A stretch of DNA of 64,000 nucleotides, from positions 6,711 through 70,710 of the forward strand of contig CAJUIH010000002.1 in assembly GCA_910586045.1 (NCBI GenBank), in the 5' to 3' direction. This document shows, piece by piece, positions 31,461 through 41,658 of the stretch; the stretch's first letter is position 1, and each line of letters opens with the position of its first letter. The DNA comes from an uncultured Eubacterium sp. (lineage in GTDB: Bacteria; Bacillota; Clostridia; Lachnospirales; Lachnospiraceae). The position numbers and the translations under genes are program-made. The notes beneath the pieces are model-generated. The model was given only the letters and a program-made list of their open reading frames with translations, did not search any database and was not told the DNA's origin.

Positions 31461-32918
31461 TCATCCCGCAAGCTGCAGCATATTGATCAGTAAGATCCAT
31501 GTTAATCCATAATATATGATCACTGCAACCAAATCATTCACGGTAGAAATAAGGGGTCCGGACGCTACCGCAGGATCTACTTTCATTTTATGAAAAAACA
31601 TCGGTATTACGGTTCCCATAATACTGGATATGACCATGGCAACCATAAGCGAAATCCCGATGCAGCCGCTGACCGCAAATGAAAATTCCAGAGGCTTTCC
31701 CCTAAGCAGAAAAATATAGATCCCGACAAACAAGGTCGAAATGATTCCAAGCAAGAACCCGTTCATAGCCCCCACCCGCAGTTCTTTGAGCATAAGCTGC
31801 AGCCGCTGTCCGCCTTCTAGGTTTTCATCCATCAAAACACGGATCGTGACCGCAAGCGACTGCGTTCCGACATTTCCAGCCATGCCCAAAATCATAGACT
31901 GAAAACAGACAACGATTGTAAGCTGTGATACAATCTGCTCAAACACGCCTACCACACTGGAGACTAGCAGGCCCAGCACCAACAGCACAACCAGCCACGG
32001 AATACGCTTTTTCATACTCTCAACCAACGGTTCATTCAGATCCTCTTCCGCGGTCAGCCCGGCAAGCTTTGCGTAATCTTCCCCCATTTCTTCATCTACG
32101 ACTTCCACAATATCCTGTGCCGTAATAACGCCGAGTATCTTTTTATCATTATCCAGTACCGGAATCGAATCTTCGGAATAGTCTTTTAAATCTTCGATAC
32201 ATTCATCGATCGTCTCTTTTGCGTATACATAGGGATAAGAAGTCGTAACCAGATCTTCCAGCGCCGTGTATCTGCGCGCGATAATCAGATCTTTTAAATC
32301 GACCGCCCCGTAAAAACCGCCGTTATAATCCGATACATAGATTGTGGATATATTATCATTTTCAGCCGCCTGTGTGATCAATTCTTTCATCGCTTCTGGA
32401 ATCGTCAGGCCGCGCCGGATCAGGATAAAATTGGTCGTCATTTTGCTGCCGATTTCATCATCTTCATACGACTGGATCAGTCCGATGTCATAGCGGGACT
32501 CGGCGTCCATCAGCCGGATAAACTGGTCGGATTTTTCGTCCTCCATTCCATCCAGGATATCGACCGCATCATCCGCATCCATAGATTCCAGAATATCCGC
32601 CGCGTTTTCCATGCCCAGCTCTTCCAGGTAAACACCCGCACCGTCCCCCATATACGTAAAAATTTCGGATACCGTATCATTGGCCAAAAGCTGGTAAAGC
32701 TGGATGTGCTCTTCCTTGGTCAGTTCCCCCCAAACAGACGCAATATCGTTTTCATGGTAGTCTTCCAGCTTTTCACGGATCACCTGCGGCGGACTGCCGC
32801 TTTTTATGATCTCGATTAATTCTTTCTCATAGTCTCTTTTTTCCGGGAAATCCGTCTCTAAAGAATTGCCCATGCTGTTTTCTTCGCTCATCTTGCACCC
32901 CGCTTTCTTTGCGGGCAT
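31461..32918 (-). CDS. mgtE: magnesium transporter MgtE
   Basis: MgtE N-domain, a CBS pair and a C-terminal 5-TM domain (…GNVGTQS…). The start is uncertain; an alternative ATG is at 32891. Confidence 0.9.
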   Translation of the reverse strand: MPAKKAGCKMSEENSMGNSLETDFPEKRDYEKELIEIIKSGSPPQVIREKLEDYHENDIASVWGELTKEEHIQLYQLLANDTVSEIFTYMGDGAGVYLEELGMENAADILESMDADDAVDILDGMEDEKSDQFIRLMDAESRYDIGLIQSYEDDEIGSKMTTNFILIRRGLTIPEAMKELITQAAENDNISTIYVSDYNGGFYGAVDLKDLIIARRYTALEDLVTTSYPYVYAKETIDECIEDLKDYSEDSIPVLDNDKKILGVITAQDIVEVVDEEMGEDYAKLAGLTAEEDLNEPLVESMKKRIPWLVVLLVLGLLVSSVVGVFEQIVSQLTIVVCFQSMILGMAGNVGTQSLAVTIRVLMDENLEGGQRLQLMLKELRVGAMNGFLLGIISTLFVGIYIFLLRGKPLEFSFAVSGCIGISLMVAMVISSIMGTVIPMFFHKMKVDPAVASGPLISTVNDLVAVIIYYGLTWILLINMLQLAG

Positions 32919-32939
32919 ACGGATATCCCCACAATTTTT

Positions 32940-34301
32940 TTATTTTGTTTCTTCCACTCCCTCCTGCCCAAGCAGATGATTCACAAACTGCTGCGCCGTA
33001 CGGCCGGATATGCCCCCATGGCTTAATTCCCATTTATTTGCCTCCCGGCACAGTTCTTCCTCGCTCATACGGATGCCCGAACGCCGTGCCAGTCCGGTTA
33101 CAATCGCAAAATACTCTTTCTGGCTCGGTTTCGAAAAACTGATCGTCACACCGAAACGGTTTACAAGCGAGAGTTTTTCTTCCATCGTATCGGACTGGTG
33201 CATCCCGTCCGACACCTTGATATCACTGCGGTCGCTCCATGTCTCCCGGATAATATGGCGCCGGTTGGAGGTCGCGTAGATCAGGATGTTTTCCGGCTTT
33301 GTTTCCACGCCGCCTTCAATCACCGCTTTTAAAAACTTATACTCGATTTCAAATTCCTCAAAAGACAAGTCGTCCATATAAATAATAAACCGGTAATTAC
33401 GGTTTTTGATCTGCGCTATGACATTGGACAGGTCTTGAAACTGGTGCTTATATATTTCGATCATGCGCAGCCCCTGGTCATAAAACGCATTGACAATGGC
33501 CTTGATACTTGTCGATTTTCCGGTACCGCTGTCGCCAAACAGCAGCACATTGTTTGCTTTGCGCCCTTCTACAAACGCGCGTGTATTGTCTGCCAGCTTT
33601 TTCTTTTGGATCTCATAACCGATCAAATCATCCAGCATCACCTGGTCCATATTATTGATCGGGCAAAATACGATCCGTGAAAGCGTCTGTGCGCCCGGCT
33701 GCGCGGTACCCTTTGTCTGATCCGCCGCGGTGCTGATGCGAAACGCCTTATTCAGCCCAAACATGCCCACGCCGTAATCCCTGTAAAAATCTGTAACGAA
33801 AGTAAAAAACTGTTCCTCGTCCGCCGCGTGTTCCAGCCGTTCACTGAGCGCCTGTACTTTCTCACTGACATTTTTATTGTACATAAGCTCCGGCTTCCCA
33901 ATGGCGCGGTAATCGGAAAGCCTGGTAAAACAATCGATGCCGAGCGTCTGTTCGATCCCGCTGAAATCATAATCAAACAATTGTTTAAACACCCGAAAAT
34001 CATTCTTGGCAAAATAATTGACGCTCCCCTCTTTTGCCCCGACTTTCTCACAGGTAATACTAAACGGATTTTCATTGGTAATCAGCAGAAAGGTAAGATA
34101 ATTATGCCACAGGTTTTTATTAAACCCATAATCCGTAGCCGTAACCAACAGCCTTTTGACCTGCCTGTATACCCGTCTGACCAATTCATCCTTATCCTGT
34201 CTGTCTGCACGCAGGTCCGAACAGATCCTGCACAATTCCATTAAAATAGAATCCTGCGGCAAGTCTCCATACAACAATAATTTTGATACAATATGATCCA
34301 T
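32940..34301 (-). CDS. AAA-type ATP-binding protein (DUF815-like), function unknown
   Basis: Walker [13 protein letters not shown] and Walker [10 protein letters not shown]. It lies 21 nt upstream of mgtE on the same strand. Confidence 0.7.
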   Translation of the reverse strand: MDHIVSKLLLYGDLPQDSILMELCRICSDLRADRQDKDELVRRVYRQVKRLLVTATDYGFNKNLWHNYLTFLLITNENPFSITCEKVGAKEGSVNYFAKNDFRVFKQLFDYDFSGIEQTLGIDCFTRLSDYRAIGKPELMYNKNVSEKVQALSERLEHAADEEQFFTFVTDFYRDYGVGMFGLNKAFRISTAADQTKGTAQPGAQTLSRIVFCPINNMDQVMLDDLIGYEIQKKKLADNTRAFVEGRKANNVLLFGDSGTGKSTSIKAIVNAFYDQGLRMIEIYKHQFQDLSNVIAQIKNRNYRFIIYMDDLSFEEFEIEYKFLKAVIEGGVETKPENILIYATSNRRHIIRETWSDRSDIKVSDGMHQSDTMEEKLSLVNRFGVTISFSKPSQKEYFAIVTGLARRSGIRMSEEELCREANKWELSHGGISGRTAQQFVNHLLGQEGVEETK

Positions 34302-34507
34302 AAATACCCCCTGCCTTTTGCGGCCCGCTGCGGCAGTCCTGCCAGCAACGTTAGATTTCCTTTATTATACTAAGATAACACAAGCTGGTCCCGCTTTCAA
34401 ACAAAAAAATAAGAAATTAGCCAAACAATAAATAAAAAAAGGCTTTCTGATCTTTCCATCCTTTCAGAAATCAGAAGCCTTTTTTCTAATAATCGAAAAC
34501 GGTACCC

Positions 34508-35347
34508 TTAAACAGCGATAATCACGCCCCCGTTATTTGCATACATACTGCTGACGCCAGCCGTTTCCAAAATCAAAATCTCCTTAAAATGCGCTGCCTG
34601 TTCAATCAGTTCACGTACTTTCTGCGCCCGCTTTGGACAATTGCAATGGGAAATCGCAAGTATTTTCTGCTCGCAGTCCTTTGTCTTGTCTATCACTTCT
34701 TTCACCATCCGCTCCAGCGCCTTATTCATACCCTGTGCCTGCGCCAGTTGGCAGATCTGCCCGTCCGGGGTAGAACCCATAATCGGCTTGATTTTAAGCA
34801 CGCCCGCCACCAAAGCCTTTAAGTTGCTAAGTCTTCCGTTTTTGCGCAGCGTTTCCAGGGTTTCCAGCACAAAAAAAGTCTGCTGCTGTTCAATATACTG
34901 TCCGGTCTGTACAACCGTCTCTTCAAACGTATGGCCCGCCTTTTCCAATTCCTGTATTTTAATGCCGATTAATGTTTCCCCGACCGACGCCGAACAGGAG
35001 TCAAACACATGCACTTTTTTCTGCGGAAAATCCGTCTCAAACATCTGCTTTGCCACCATCGCGCTGTTATAAGAACCGCTCAGCTTTGAAGACAGTGTCA
35101 CCACATAAACGCGTTCGGCATCCGAATCGAATGCTTCGTAGTATTTCTGCGGCGACGGACACGCCGACTTCGGACAGTTCGGGCTTTCTTTTACTTTCTG
35201 CAAAAACTCCAACTGCTGGAAACTCTCGTCATCTACCACATGATAGTCATCCACGTCCAGCTCCAGCGGCACGGATTGAAAATGCCCGTCTTCTTTTAAT
35301 TCCTGCGGCAGTTCCCCGCAACTGTCTACAATAATTTTATAATGCAT
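34508..35347 (-). CDS. DegV family fatty-acid-binding protein
   Basis: Typical DegV start MHYKIIVDSCGELP and overall pattern. AGGAGG RBS. Confidence 0.9.
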   Translation of the reverse strand: MHYKIIVDSCGELPQELKEDGHFQSVPLELDVDDYHVVDDESFQQLEFLQKVKESPNCPKSACPSPQKYYEAFDSDAERVYVVTLSSKLSGSYNSAMVAKQMFETDFPQKKVHVFDSCSASVGETLIGIKIQELEKAGHTFEETVVQTGQYIEQQQTFFVLETLETLRKNGRLSNLKALVAGVLKIKPIMGSTPDGQICQLAQAQGMNKALERMVKEVIDKTKDCEQKILAISHCNCPKRAQKVRELIEQAAHFKEILILETAGVSSMYANNGGVIIAV

Positions 35348-35544
35348 AACTTCCTCCTGTATGGCCCAGCCACCAAATCCTTGCGCCGCAAAAGTTTTTT
35401 ATGCGGCTTAATATGATTTTTATTTTGATTTGATATAGTATTCATTACTACTTGATAATACCATCATTACGGAAGTTTGTAAATACATTTTTTTAAAATG
35501 GAGGGGGATTTTGTGGGGGTGCGCGGGGGAAGTGGGGGAAGTGG

Positions 35545-35771
35545 GGAGAGGCGGTTTACCCGGCCTTACGGCGGCCCTCCAGAACGTTAAGAATCCCTAA
35601 GCATTCTGTTTTTACGCAGCGTAAGGCCCCGGTCGCGGCGCCTAGTCCGCCCTGGCCCCCGCCAGTGGCTAAAGGCGCCGCTTGGCTTCGCCCCTACGTT
35701 ATCGAACAGAATGCTAAGGGATTCTAAACGTTCTTTCAAAGCCGCCGTAAGGCCGGGCAAACCACCTCTCC
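35545..35771 (-). repeat. long-hairpin repeat, subfamily 2, copy C (core inverted relative to copy D)
   Basis: Arms ggagaggcggtttacccggccttacggcgg… and …ccgccgtaaggccgggcaaaccacctctcc. The core matches copy D when reverse-complemented. Confidence 0.85.
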
Positions 35772-35953
35772 AGTCTAGCCTTTCGCATGCGTTACGCCGC
35801 ATTTGCTCACGGATCGTCCTGTTAACCGTTTATTGGTCAATCCACTTTCGTTATCCAGTTTCTGGTATGTATATTACCACTCCTGGATCCAGGATATTTT
35901 TCCAAAGGCCTGCTGTCTATCGAGCTAGCTATTTTTAGCCAGCATTCGATACC

Positions 35954-36047
35954 TATATATTCGGTGATCGAATACTGCACAATAAACCCGATAAACGGCA
36001 GGCCAGAAACAAATGATATTGTGCTGAAATTTTACGCCGTTTATATA
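35954..36047 (+). repeat. 94-nt repeat element, copy 3
   Basis: Near-identical to the two other copies. It lies inside the ORF-free island. Confidence 0.85.
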
Positions 36048-36207
36048 GTACATCGGTCACTAAATAACGCAAAGGTAGGCGCCGGATATTTTTTCGAGCG
36101 TGCATGACAAAAACCGGAGGTGTACCGGGGATCCCTCGGATTTTTGCCATGTACTATCGGAAAAATAGACAAATAAAACTATGAGATATTTATTGGCCGA
36201 TGTACTA
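36046..36207. repeat. 162-bp inverted-repeat unit with a nested hairpin
   Basis: 21-nt arms tagtacatcggtcactaaata (36046-36066) and tatttattggccgatgtacta (36187-36207) match at 19 of 21 positions. An inner imperfect inverted repeat is catgacaaaaaccggagg / ccctcggatttttgccatg. Confidence 0.7.
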
Positions 36208-36209
36208 AT

Positions 36210-36360
36210 GCCCTGTAAAGTCTAAAACTGTTACAAAACAAGGCACTGAAAATGAACTATTCAGCAAAAATTGGCTTAGGATACAGCCTTTTCAACTTTT
36301 TACTGCTATATTACCAAAAACAAATAAAATATTTTATAACAGTTTTAGCCTTTACAGGGC
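36210..36360. repeat. 151-bp MITE-like unit with 23-bp terminal inverted repeats
   Basis: gccctgtaaagtctaaaactgtt (36210-36232) and aacagttttagcctttacagggc (36338-36360) are complementary at 22 of 23 positions. Confidence 0.7.
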
Positions 36361-36452
36361 ACTCGCATACAAACCTGCTCCACGAAACCATGCCAGCCGC
36401 CCGCTGTCACACTATGAATGCCCTACATTTCACGTAAAGCCCGAGAAAACCA

Positions 36453-36688
36453 GCCGGCTGCGGGGCGGGGGACTGGCTTGCGGCGACGTTGGAAGAATGC
36501 TTAGAATCCCTTAGCATTCTGTTCGGTAACGCAGGGGCGAAGCAAAGCGGCGCCTTTAGCTGCTGGCGTAAGCCAGGGCGAACTAGGCGCCGCGTCCGGG
36601 GCATGCCGTTTTGTAAATACAGAATGCTTAGAGATTCTTAGCATTCTGGAGCCGGAGCCGCAAGCCAGTCCCCCGCCCCGCAGCCGGC
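36453..36688 (+). repeat. long-hairpin repeat, subfamily 2, copy D
   Basis: The outer 32 nt, gccggctgcggggcgggggactggcttgcggc, is perfectly complementary to 36657-36688. It carries the shared box cagaatgcttagagattc and the subfamily-2 core. Confidence 0.85.
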
Positions 36689-36720
36689 GTCCCCTCAGCC
36701 GATCAAAACTATGCCAATCC

Positions 36721-37926
36721 CTAAGGAAATATAATCACAAAGATATTAAGCTGCACATCTGTTTTGTAATATACCGTCCCCAGCCCGCCGCAATACTGGC
36801 TGATATGGTAATCCGACAGAAAGTATTCTTTTGCGCGCGTACACAGCTCGCTGTCTGCAAATTTCACGGATACATTTTTTTTGCCCGATGTATAGGCCTT
36901 TTCAAAAATTGCCCCAATCGCCGCGATCGATGTTTCATCAAATGCCGTAAAGTATTTTTTTTCACGCACATAGTAATTGTTTTTTGTCGCTGTACACGCT
37001 GGCAGCGCAAAGCTTACCTGCGGTGTGTGGTCGCGCATCATCTCTTCGGTTGTAATATTTAAATAATCGTACTCTACATATTTTACGTCGTTTTGCTCAT
37101 CGTCATGGTATTTGGAGTTTCCCCAAGTGACGTCTACATAATACCAGTCCCCGTCCAGACAGACCAGATTCCAGGCATGCGGGCCTCCTTTGGCCATCCC
37201 GGTTACGACTACGCAGGGGATGTCCAATCGTTCTAACAGATACTGCATGGCGTTCGCATAGCCCTGGCAGACGGTTTCCTTTCCCAAAAAGACGCTGATG
37301 ATGTTTTGGTTATTTTCTGCCTGTAAGTTATAATCTACCGTTTGAATCAGCCTGCGGTAGATTCCGCGCACTTTTTTATAATCTGACTGGCCTTTTAGCC
37401 CTTTGTAGTATTTTTGCGCCTGTACGTCTATTTGTTTTTGGATCTCGCCGCGTTCTTTTTCATCCATTGTATAGTTCGGCGAAAACGATACCAGTTCCGT
37501 TTCCCCGTTGTGCCGGTATTGGGTGTAGCGAAAGCTTTCTACCCAAAAAAGCCCGCCGTAATCCGCTTTGATACAGTTAAAGATATCTTCCAGGCTCTTT
37601 CCCTGCGCTTTGGAAAGCATGACTTCCTCTTTATGGTTCATGACAGCGTCTAACATCTGGTCGTATATTTTCTGGTCCTGCTGGTCCAGCGATTCATAGG
37701 CGTATTTGCCGCCGGATATGCATTCCGCCTCATAGGGCAGTTCCAATGCGTCCATATGCTGCTTTAGTTCTATATTCTGTTTGACGGTGTTTACTACTTC
37801 TTCCACCGGTTTTATCATACCCGAAAACATTTCAGACAAACCACAGCCCGCAAATGTCCCGGCCAGGGCAAGTGCCAGCATGCCAGCCGCAAGCCGCAGG
37901 CCGCTTTTTTTATGATTCCGCTTCAT
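36721..37926 (-). CDS. transglutaminase-like cysteine protease-fold lipoprotein
   Basis: Lipobox LAGTFAGC. Cys-His-Asp core (CQGYANAMQYLL … HAWNLV … YYVDVTW). ATG 37926 is preferred over the GTG at 37944 on RBS spacing. Confidence 0.8.
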   Translation of the reverse strand: MKRNHKKSGLRLAAGMLALALAGTFAGCGLSEMFSGMIKPVEEVVNTVKQNIELKQHMDALELPYEAECISGGKYAYESLDQQDQKIYDQMLDAVMNHKEEVMLSKAQGKSLEDIFNCIKADYGGLFWVESFRYTQYRHNGETELVSFSPNYTMDEKERGEIQKQIDVQAQKYYKGLKGQSDYKKVRGIYRRLIQTVDYNLQAENNQNIISVFLGKETVCQGYANAMQYLLERLDIPCVVVTGMAKGGPHAWNLVCLDGDWYYVDVTWGNSKYHDDEQNDVKYVEYDYLNITTEEMMRDHTPQVSFALPACTATKNNYYVREKKYFTAFDETSIAAIGAIFEKAYTSGKKNVSVKFADSELCTRAKEYFLSDYHISQYCGGLGTVYYKTDVQLNIFVIIFP

Positions 37927-38162
37927 TTTTTCATTCCTTTCCACAAATCCACCTTGATTGCTGCTGCCTTTTCTATGATAGCCTGCCGAAAGCGGATTTT
38001 CAATTGTTTTATTCTTTTTTATTCTTTTTTAAGATTCCCGGCGGGATTTTTGTCGAATTTGAGACGGTACACAAAATATCCGCTTGTAAAAAACAGACGA
38101 TCCTTTATAATACAAGAGTAAGGAAAAGCTTCCCAAAACTTATGGAGGAGAACTGATTCACT

Positions 38163-38666
38163 ATGAAAGCATTGCAGCTACCAGAAAAAAAAGAATTTAT
38201 GCACCGGCTTTTATGCAGCCCGCTGTTTGATAACTTCCTTTTGTCGGAAGCATCTATCCACGCCGCGGTTACTTATGAGATCGACGGAACGCTGAACCCG
38301 GATTTTTATTCCGCCCAGGAACGGTCTGACCAGCATTTAGACGGCCTGGCGTATATGCCGTACGGACGGCTGCGCCCGGTTTTCTATTCTCTGATCCGAG
38401 GCCGCAATACCCCCTCTTATTTTAAGTTTGTGCTGATGCTGTCGCCGGAAAATCTGCACAATACCATTCAGGCATCCGGCACGTCTGTCACCGTGTCAGA
38501 TATCAGCGCCGTTTTTGTAAATATCCGTTTTCAGAACGGCCAGCTATTGTTAACTACAGGTGTATCGTACCGAAACTTTATCCCGGAAAAAGGTTTTGAA
38601 AGGGAATGGGATCGGTTAACAATGCACTTTCTAAAAAAAAATAACATTATTTTTTCAGAAATTTAG
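38163..38666 (+). CDS. hypothetical cytoplasmic protein
   Basis: GGAGGAG RBS. 167 aa with no motif I can name. Confidence 0.6.
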   Translation: MKALQLPEKKEFMHRLLCSPLFDNFLLSEASIHAAVTYEIDGTLNPDFYSAQERSDQHLDGLAYMPYGRLRPVFYSLIRGRNTPSYFKFVLMLSPENLHNTIQASGTSVTVSDISAVFVNIRFQNGQLLLTTGVSYRNFIPEKGFEREWDRLTMHFLKKNNIIFSEI

Positions 38667-38748
38667 TTGTTTTTACTTTACTTTTCCATTTTCGTATGAT
38701 ATTCTTAGCGTAAGCTGTCAACAGCTAATATGATTTGGAGGTACTGTC

Positions 38749-38952
38749 ATGAATAAGGGTACAGTAAAATGGTTTAACAATCAGAAAGGTTACGGTTTCA
38801 TTACAGATGAAGAGGGCAAGGATGTTTTTGTACATTTCTCTGGATTGAACATGGATGGATTCAAGTCTTTGGAAGAAGGCGCTACGGTGGAATTTGAAGT
38901 AACAGAAGGTGCCAAAGGCCCGCAGGCTACAAATGTAACTGTAATTAAATAG
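38749..38952 (+). CDS. cold-shock protein (CspA family)
   Basis: [18 protein letters not shown]…VFVHFS: RNP1 and RNP2 motifs of cold-shock domain proteins. Confidence 0.95.
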   Translation: MNKGTVKWFNNQKGYGFITDEEGKDVFVHFSGLNMDGFKSLEEGATVEFEVTEGAKGPQATNVTVIK

Positions 38953-39244
38953 TTAAACTAAGATGTGCATTAATCAATACAAAGTTTTTCAAATGTACAT
39001 TATCATCATATAATAGAAAGATTGATCGATTATATACGTCATTGACGAACAAGCATTTGATTATTACACAACAAAAAGAGGCTGTCGCATGAACAAATAC
39101 AGCAATATATAGTAGTTTCAGATTTCGATCTGCTATATTGGGTATGTATTTTGCTTCATGCGGCAGCCCTTTTGTTTTCCATAATAAGGGGCTGCCCCAA
39201 AAACACTTACCATATTTCTGGTTTCCTTACATAGCCCGCATTTG

Positions 39245-40621
39245 TCACCACTGCAGGCGCAGGCCTTTCGGATAGTGATTTTTGAGCACCCCTTGGGATA
39301 CCTTGCCCCAGCCGACCGAACAGCCGTCAATCACCGCAAGCGTCCATCCGTTTTGTCCGCTGCAGCTTATGGATTCCCCATGCAGATAACGCATTGGTTC
39401 CGCAAGCTCTGCCACACGTATCACATCCTTTGGATGCAGCGCCATGGCAAACGCGTGGGACGGCTCCAGGCGGCCTTTTCGGATCCATCCAATCTCAAGC
39501 CCGGCCCGTTCCGTCTTCAGGCCGTCCAGACTGCCCAGGCCGGACGGAAGCAGGCAGATCTGCCCGCCAAAAACAACCAGCTTTCCTGTGCGCAGGTATT
39601 CCTCCATCCGCGCCGCCGTTTCCTCCGACAGCGTTTCCCGGCAAAACGCGGATACTGCCTGCGCATCTTTTTTTGCCAGCGCGGAATGCGTACCCGCGCT
39701 GCCCTTGGACCGTTTTTTTCCGCCCCCGCTCAAAGCACCGAAACCAGCACCGGCTTCCCGCCCCAAAAGCAGCGTATCGTCTTTCTGAAAGCACGCGGCG
39801 AAATGCCCTTCCCCGCGATGCAGATGCGGCCAGACCTGTTCGGTTCGATCCAGGGTAAACTGCGGAAATTCCTGTACAAACCACTCTGCCGTCTCTTCGT
39901 TTTCCTGCGGTGCAAAGGTACAGGTAGAATAAACCAGGCGTCCGCCTGGTTTTAACATCCGCGCTGCCTGCCGTAAAATACCGCGCTGCCTTTCCGCACA
40001 TGACAGCGTCCGCTGCAGGCTCCATTCCCCGCGGGCATTTTCATCTTTTCGAAACATCCCCTCACCGGAACACGGCGCGTCCACTAGGATCCGGTCAAAA
40101 AATTCCATAAACCGGGGGGTCAGCCGTCCTGGCTCTTCCCTTAATACAACCGCGTTTTTTATGCCCATGCGTTCGATATTCCTGGATAATATTTTCGCCC
40201 GCGCGCCGACGATTTCATTGGAAACCAGCAGCCCCGTTCCCTGCAGCCGCGCGGCAATCTGCGTACTTTTCCCGCCCGGAGCGGCGCAAAGGTCCAGCAC
40301 GCGGTCGCCCGCGGCCGGGTCTAGCAGCTCTGCCGCTATCATCGCGCTCGGCTCCTGAATATAATAAGCACCCGCTTCATGCAGCGGCAGCTTGCCGGGC
40401 TGTACGTCAGGCGCATAATAAAACCCCTCTTTTGCCCACGGCACGGTCTGCGTATCAATCCCCGCAGCAAAAAGCAGTCCCTTTAGCCTGTCCGGTTTTA
40501 TTTTAAGCAGGTTGCAGCGCAGGCCATAAACGCGTTCTTTTTCATAGCAGGCCAAAAAGTCTTCCCCGGCTTCGCCTAGCTGGCGCCGGATGCGTTCCTT
40601 AAAATCCCACGGAAGATCCAT
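39245..40621 (-). CDS. RsmB/RsmF (NOL1/NOP2/Sun) family RNA m5C methyltransferase
   Basis: SAM motif DLCAAPGGKS and catalytic DAPCSGEG/TCT motifs. Start set at ATG 40621, which has a GGAGG RBS and avoids overlap with the upstream gene. Confidence 0.85.
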   Translation of the reverse strand: MDLPWDFKERIRRQLGEAGEDFLACYEKERVYGLRCNLLKIKPDRLKGLLFAAGIDTQTVPWAKEGFYYAPDVQPGKLPLHEAGAYYIQEPSAMIAAELLDPAAGDRVLDLCAAPGGKSTQIAARLQGTGLLVSNEIVGARAKILSRNIERMGIKNAVVLREEPGRLTPRFMEFFDRILVDAPCSGEGMFRKDENARGEWSLQRTLSCAERQRGILRQAARMLKPGGRLVYSTCTFAPQENEETAEWFVQEFPQFTLDRTEQVWPHLHRGEGHFAACFQKDDTLLLGREAGAGFGALSGGGKKRSKGSAGTHSALAKKDAQAVSAFCRETLSEETAARMEEYLRTGKLVVFGGQICLLPSGLGSLDGLKTERAGLEIGWIRKGRLEPSHAFAMALHPKDVIRVAELAEPMRYLHGESISCSGQNGWTLAVIDGCSVGWGKVSQGVLKNHYPKGLRLQW

Positions 40622-40661
40622 GCCCTCCCCCCCCCTTTCTATCCGGTTTTCCGGCACCCGG

Positions 40662-41621
40662 TCAGCCGTCGTTTTCATATACTTTCCGTATTAAGTGGTC
40701 CAGCTCGATCCACGCTTCCGTATCTTCAAACTCCCTGAGCTTTTCGGCAACCGTACGGTAGTACCAATGGTGCATCTCTTTTCTTTTTTCATTAAAGCGA
40801 AGCCAGAAATCTTCCTTATGCTTGCGGCTTCCCTGATAAGTCGCACGCATATTGGACAGCTTATCCGCCAGCGCAATCATTTTCTCTTCCTTTGTTTTTT
40901 GATCCAGACTGTCGATAAACTCCTGTTTGCGGATTTTCCATGTATCCGACGCATTCTGCCCTTTCCGTTTGTTCTCGCTGTTGGACTGTACAAGCCGCGC
41001 GATCCGGCTGCCAAACGCCGCTTCGATATCCCCGGCGCCGTATGGCGTATCCTCGATAATGTCATGAAACAGGGCCGCGATCATGATATCCTGATCCCTG
41101 GTCAACGTCATTGCAATCAGCGCGGTTTCAATCGGGTGGACGATATAGGGAACTGTGGATCCTTTTCGAACCTGGCCCTTATGCGCCCGCATCGCAAATT
41201 CCAGCGCCCGCTCAAAGTTGTCTTTCCGTTCCTTTCGTTCCATCCGGCGTTTGTCGGTACCTCCCGTATCGGCTGCCAGCGCGCATGCCTGTGCAAATGC
41301 CTGTTTCACGTCGTCTTGATCGTCTTTTAGCAGCACATAAGGCGTATGCTCCAAAAGGTCTGCAAAAATCGATCCTTTGGGCTGGTCCAGCAGCATTCCA
41401 AGCAATTTTTGGCCTACAATAATAAAAGCATCCACAAGCGACTGCGTGTCTTCGCAGCATGCGCCGCCTGCCCGCCTGGTACATAAATCACGGCTTTCGA
41501 TTCCCGGAAAAAACAATAAATTGACGTCCCACCGTTCTTTTGAAAGCCTGCACAAACTATTCATTACATGCACGGAGTCATCCGCATACGCGCTTCCCAT
41601 CAATACCCCTATTGTGATCAT
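40662..41621 (-). CDS. HD-domain protein of the RelA/SpoT hydrolase type with an unassigned ~135-aa N-terminal domain
   Basis: HKGQVRKGSTVPYIVHPIETA … AALFHDIIEDT is the (p)ppGpp-hydrolase-type HD signature. No synthetase domain is present. Confidence 0.75.
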   Translation of the reverse strand: MITIGVLMGSAYADDSVHVMNSLCRLSKERWDVNLLFFPGIESRDLCTRRAGGACCEDTQSLVDAFIIVGQKLLGMLLDQPKGSIFADLLEHTPYVLLKDDQDDVKQAFAQACALAADTGGTDKRRMERKERKDNFERALEFAMRAHKGQVRKGSTVPYIVHPIETALIAMTLTRDQDIMIAALFHDIIEDTPYGAGDIEAAFGSRIARLVQSNSENKRKGQNASDTWKIRKQEFIDSLDQKTKEEKMIALADKLSNMRATYQGSRKHKEDFWLRFNEKRKEMHHWYYRTVAEKLREFEDTEAWIELDHLIRKVYENDG

Positions 41622-41658
41622 GCCGTCCTCCTCTTATACAGCCGGTGCGCCTGCCCTG

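Noticed and set aside
32919-32939. An M-box (Mg) riboswitch expected upstream of mgtE.
   Set aside because: Only 21 nt separate mgtE from the upstream ATPase gene, so there is no room for an M-box.
36252-36437. A 61-aa ORF (MNYSAKIGLGYSLF…) inside the ORF-free island.
   Set aside because: It starts inside the 151-bp inverted-repeat unit, has no RBS and has an AT-rich codon composition unlike neighbouring genes.
39242-39955. Long antisense ORFs inside well-supported genes. Examples: 39242-39955, 39394-39858, 43195-44064, 49954-50643, 9421-10101, 10693-11328, 21497-22195, 40695-41330, 53795-54319.
   Set aside because: Each lies entirely opposite a gene with clear family motifs. They have Arg/Pro/Ser/Cys-rich low-complexity composition and no RBS. 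These are typical shadow ORFs.
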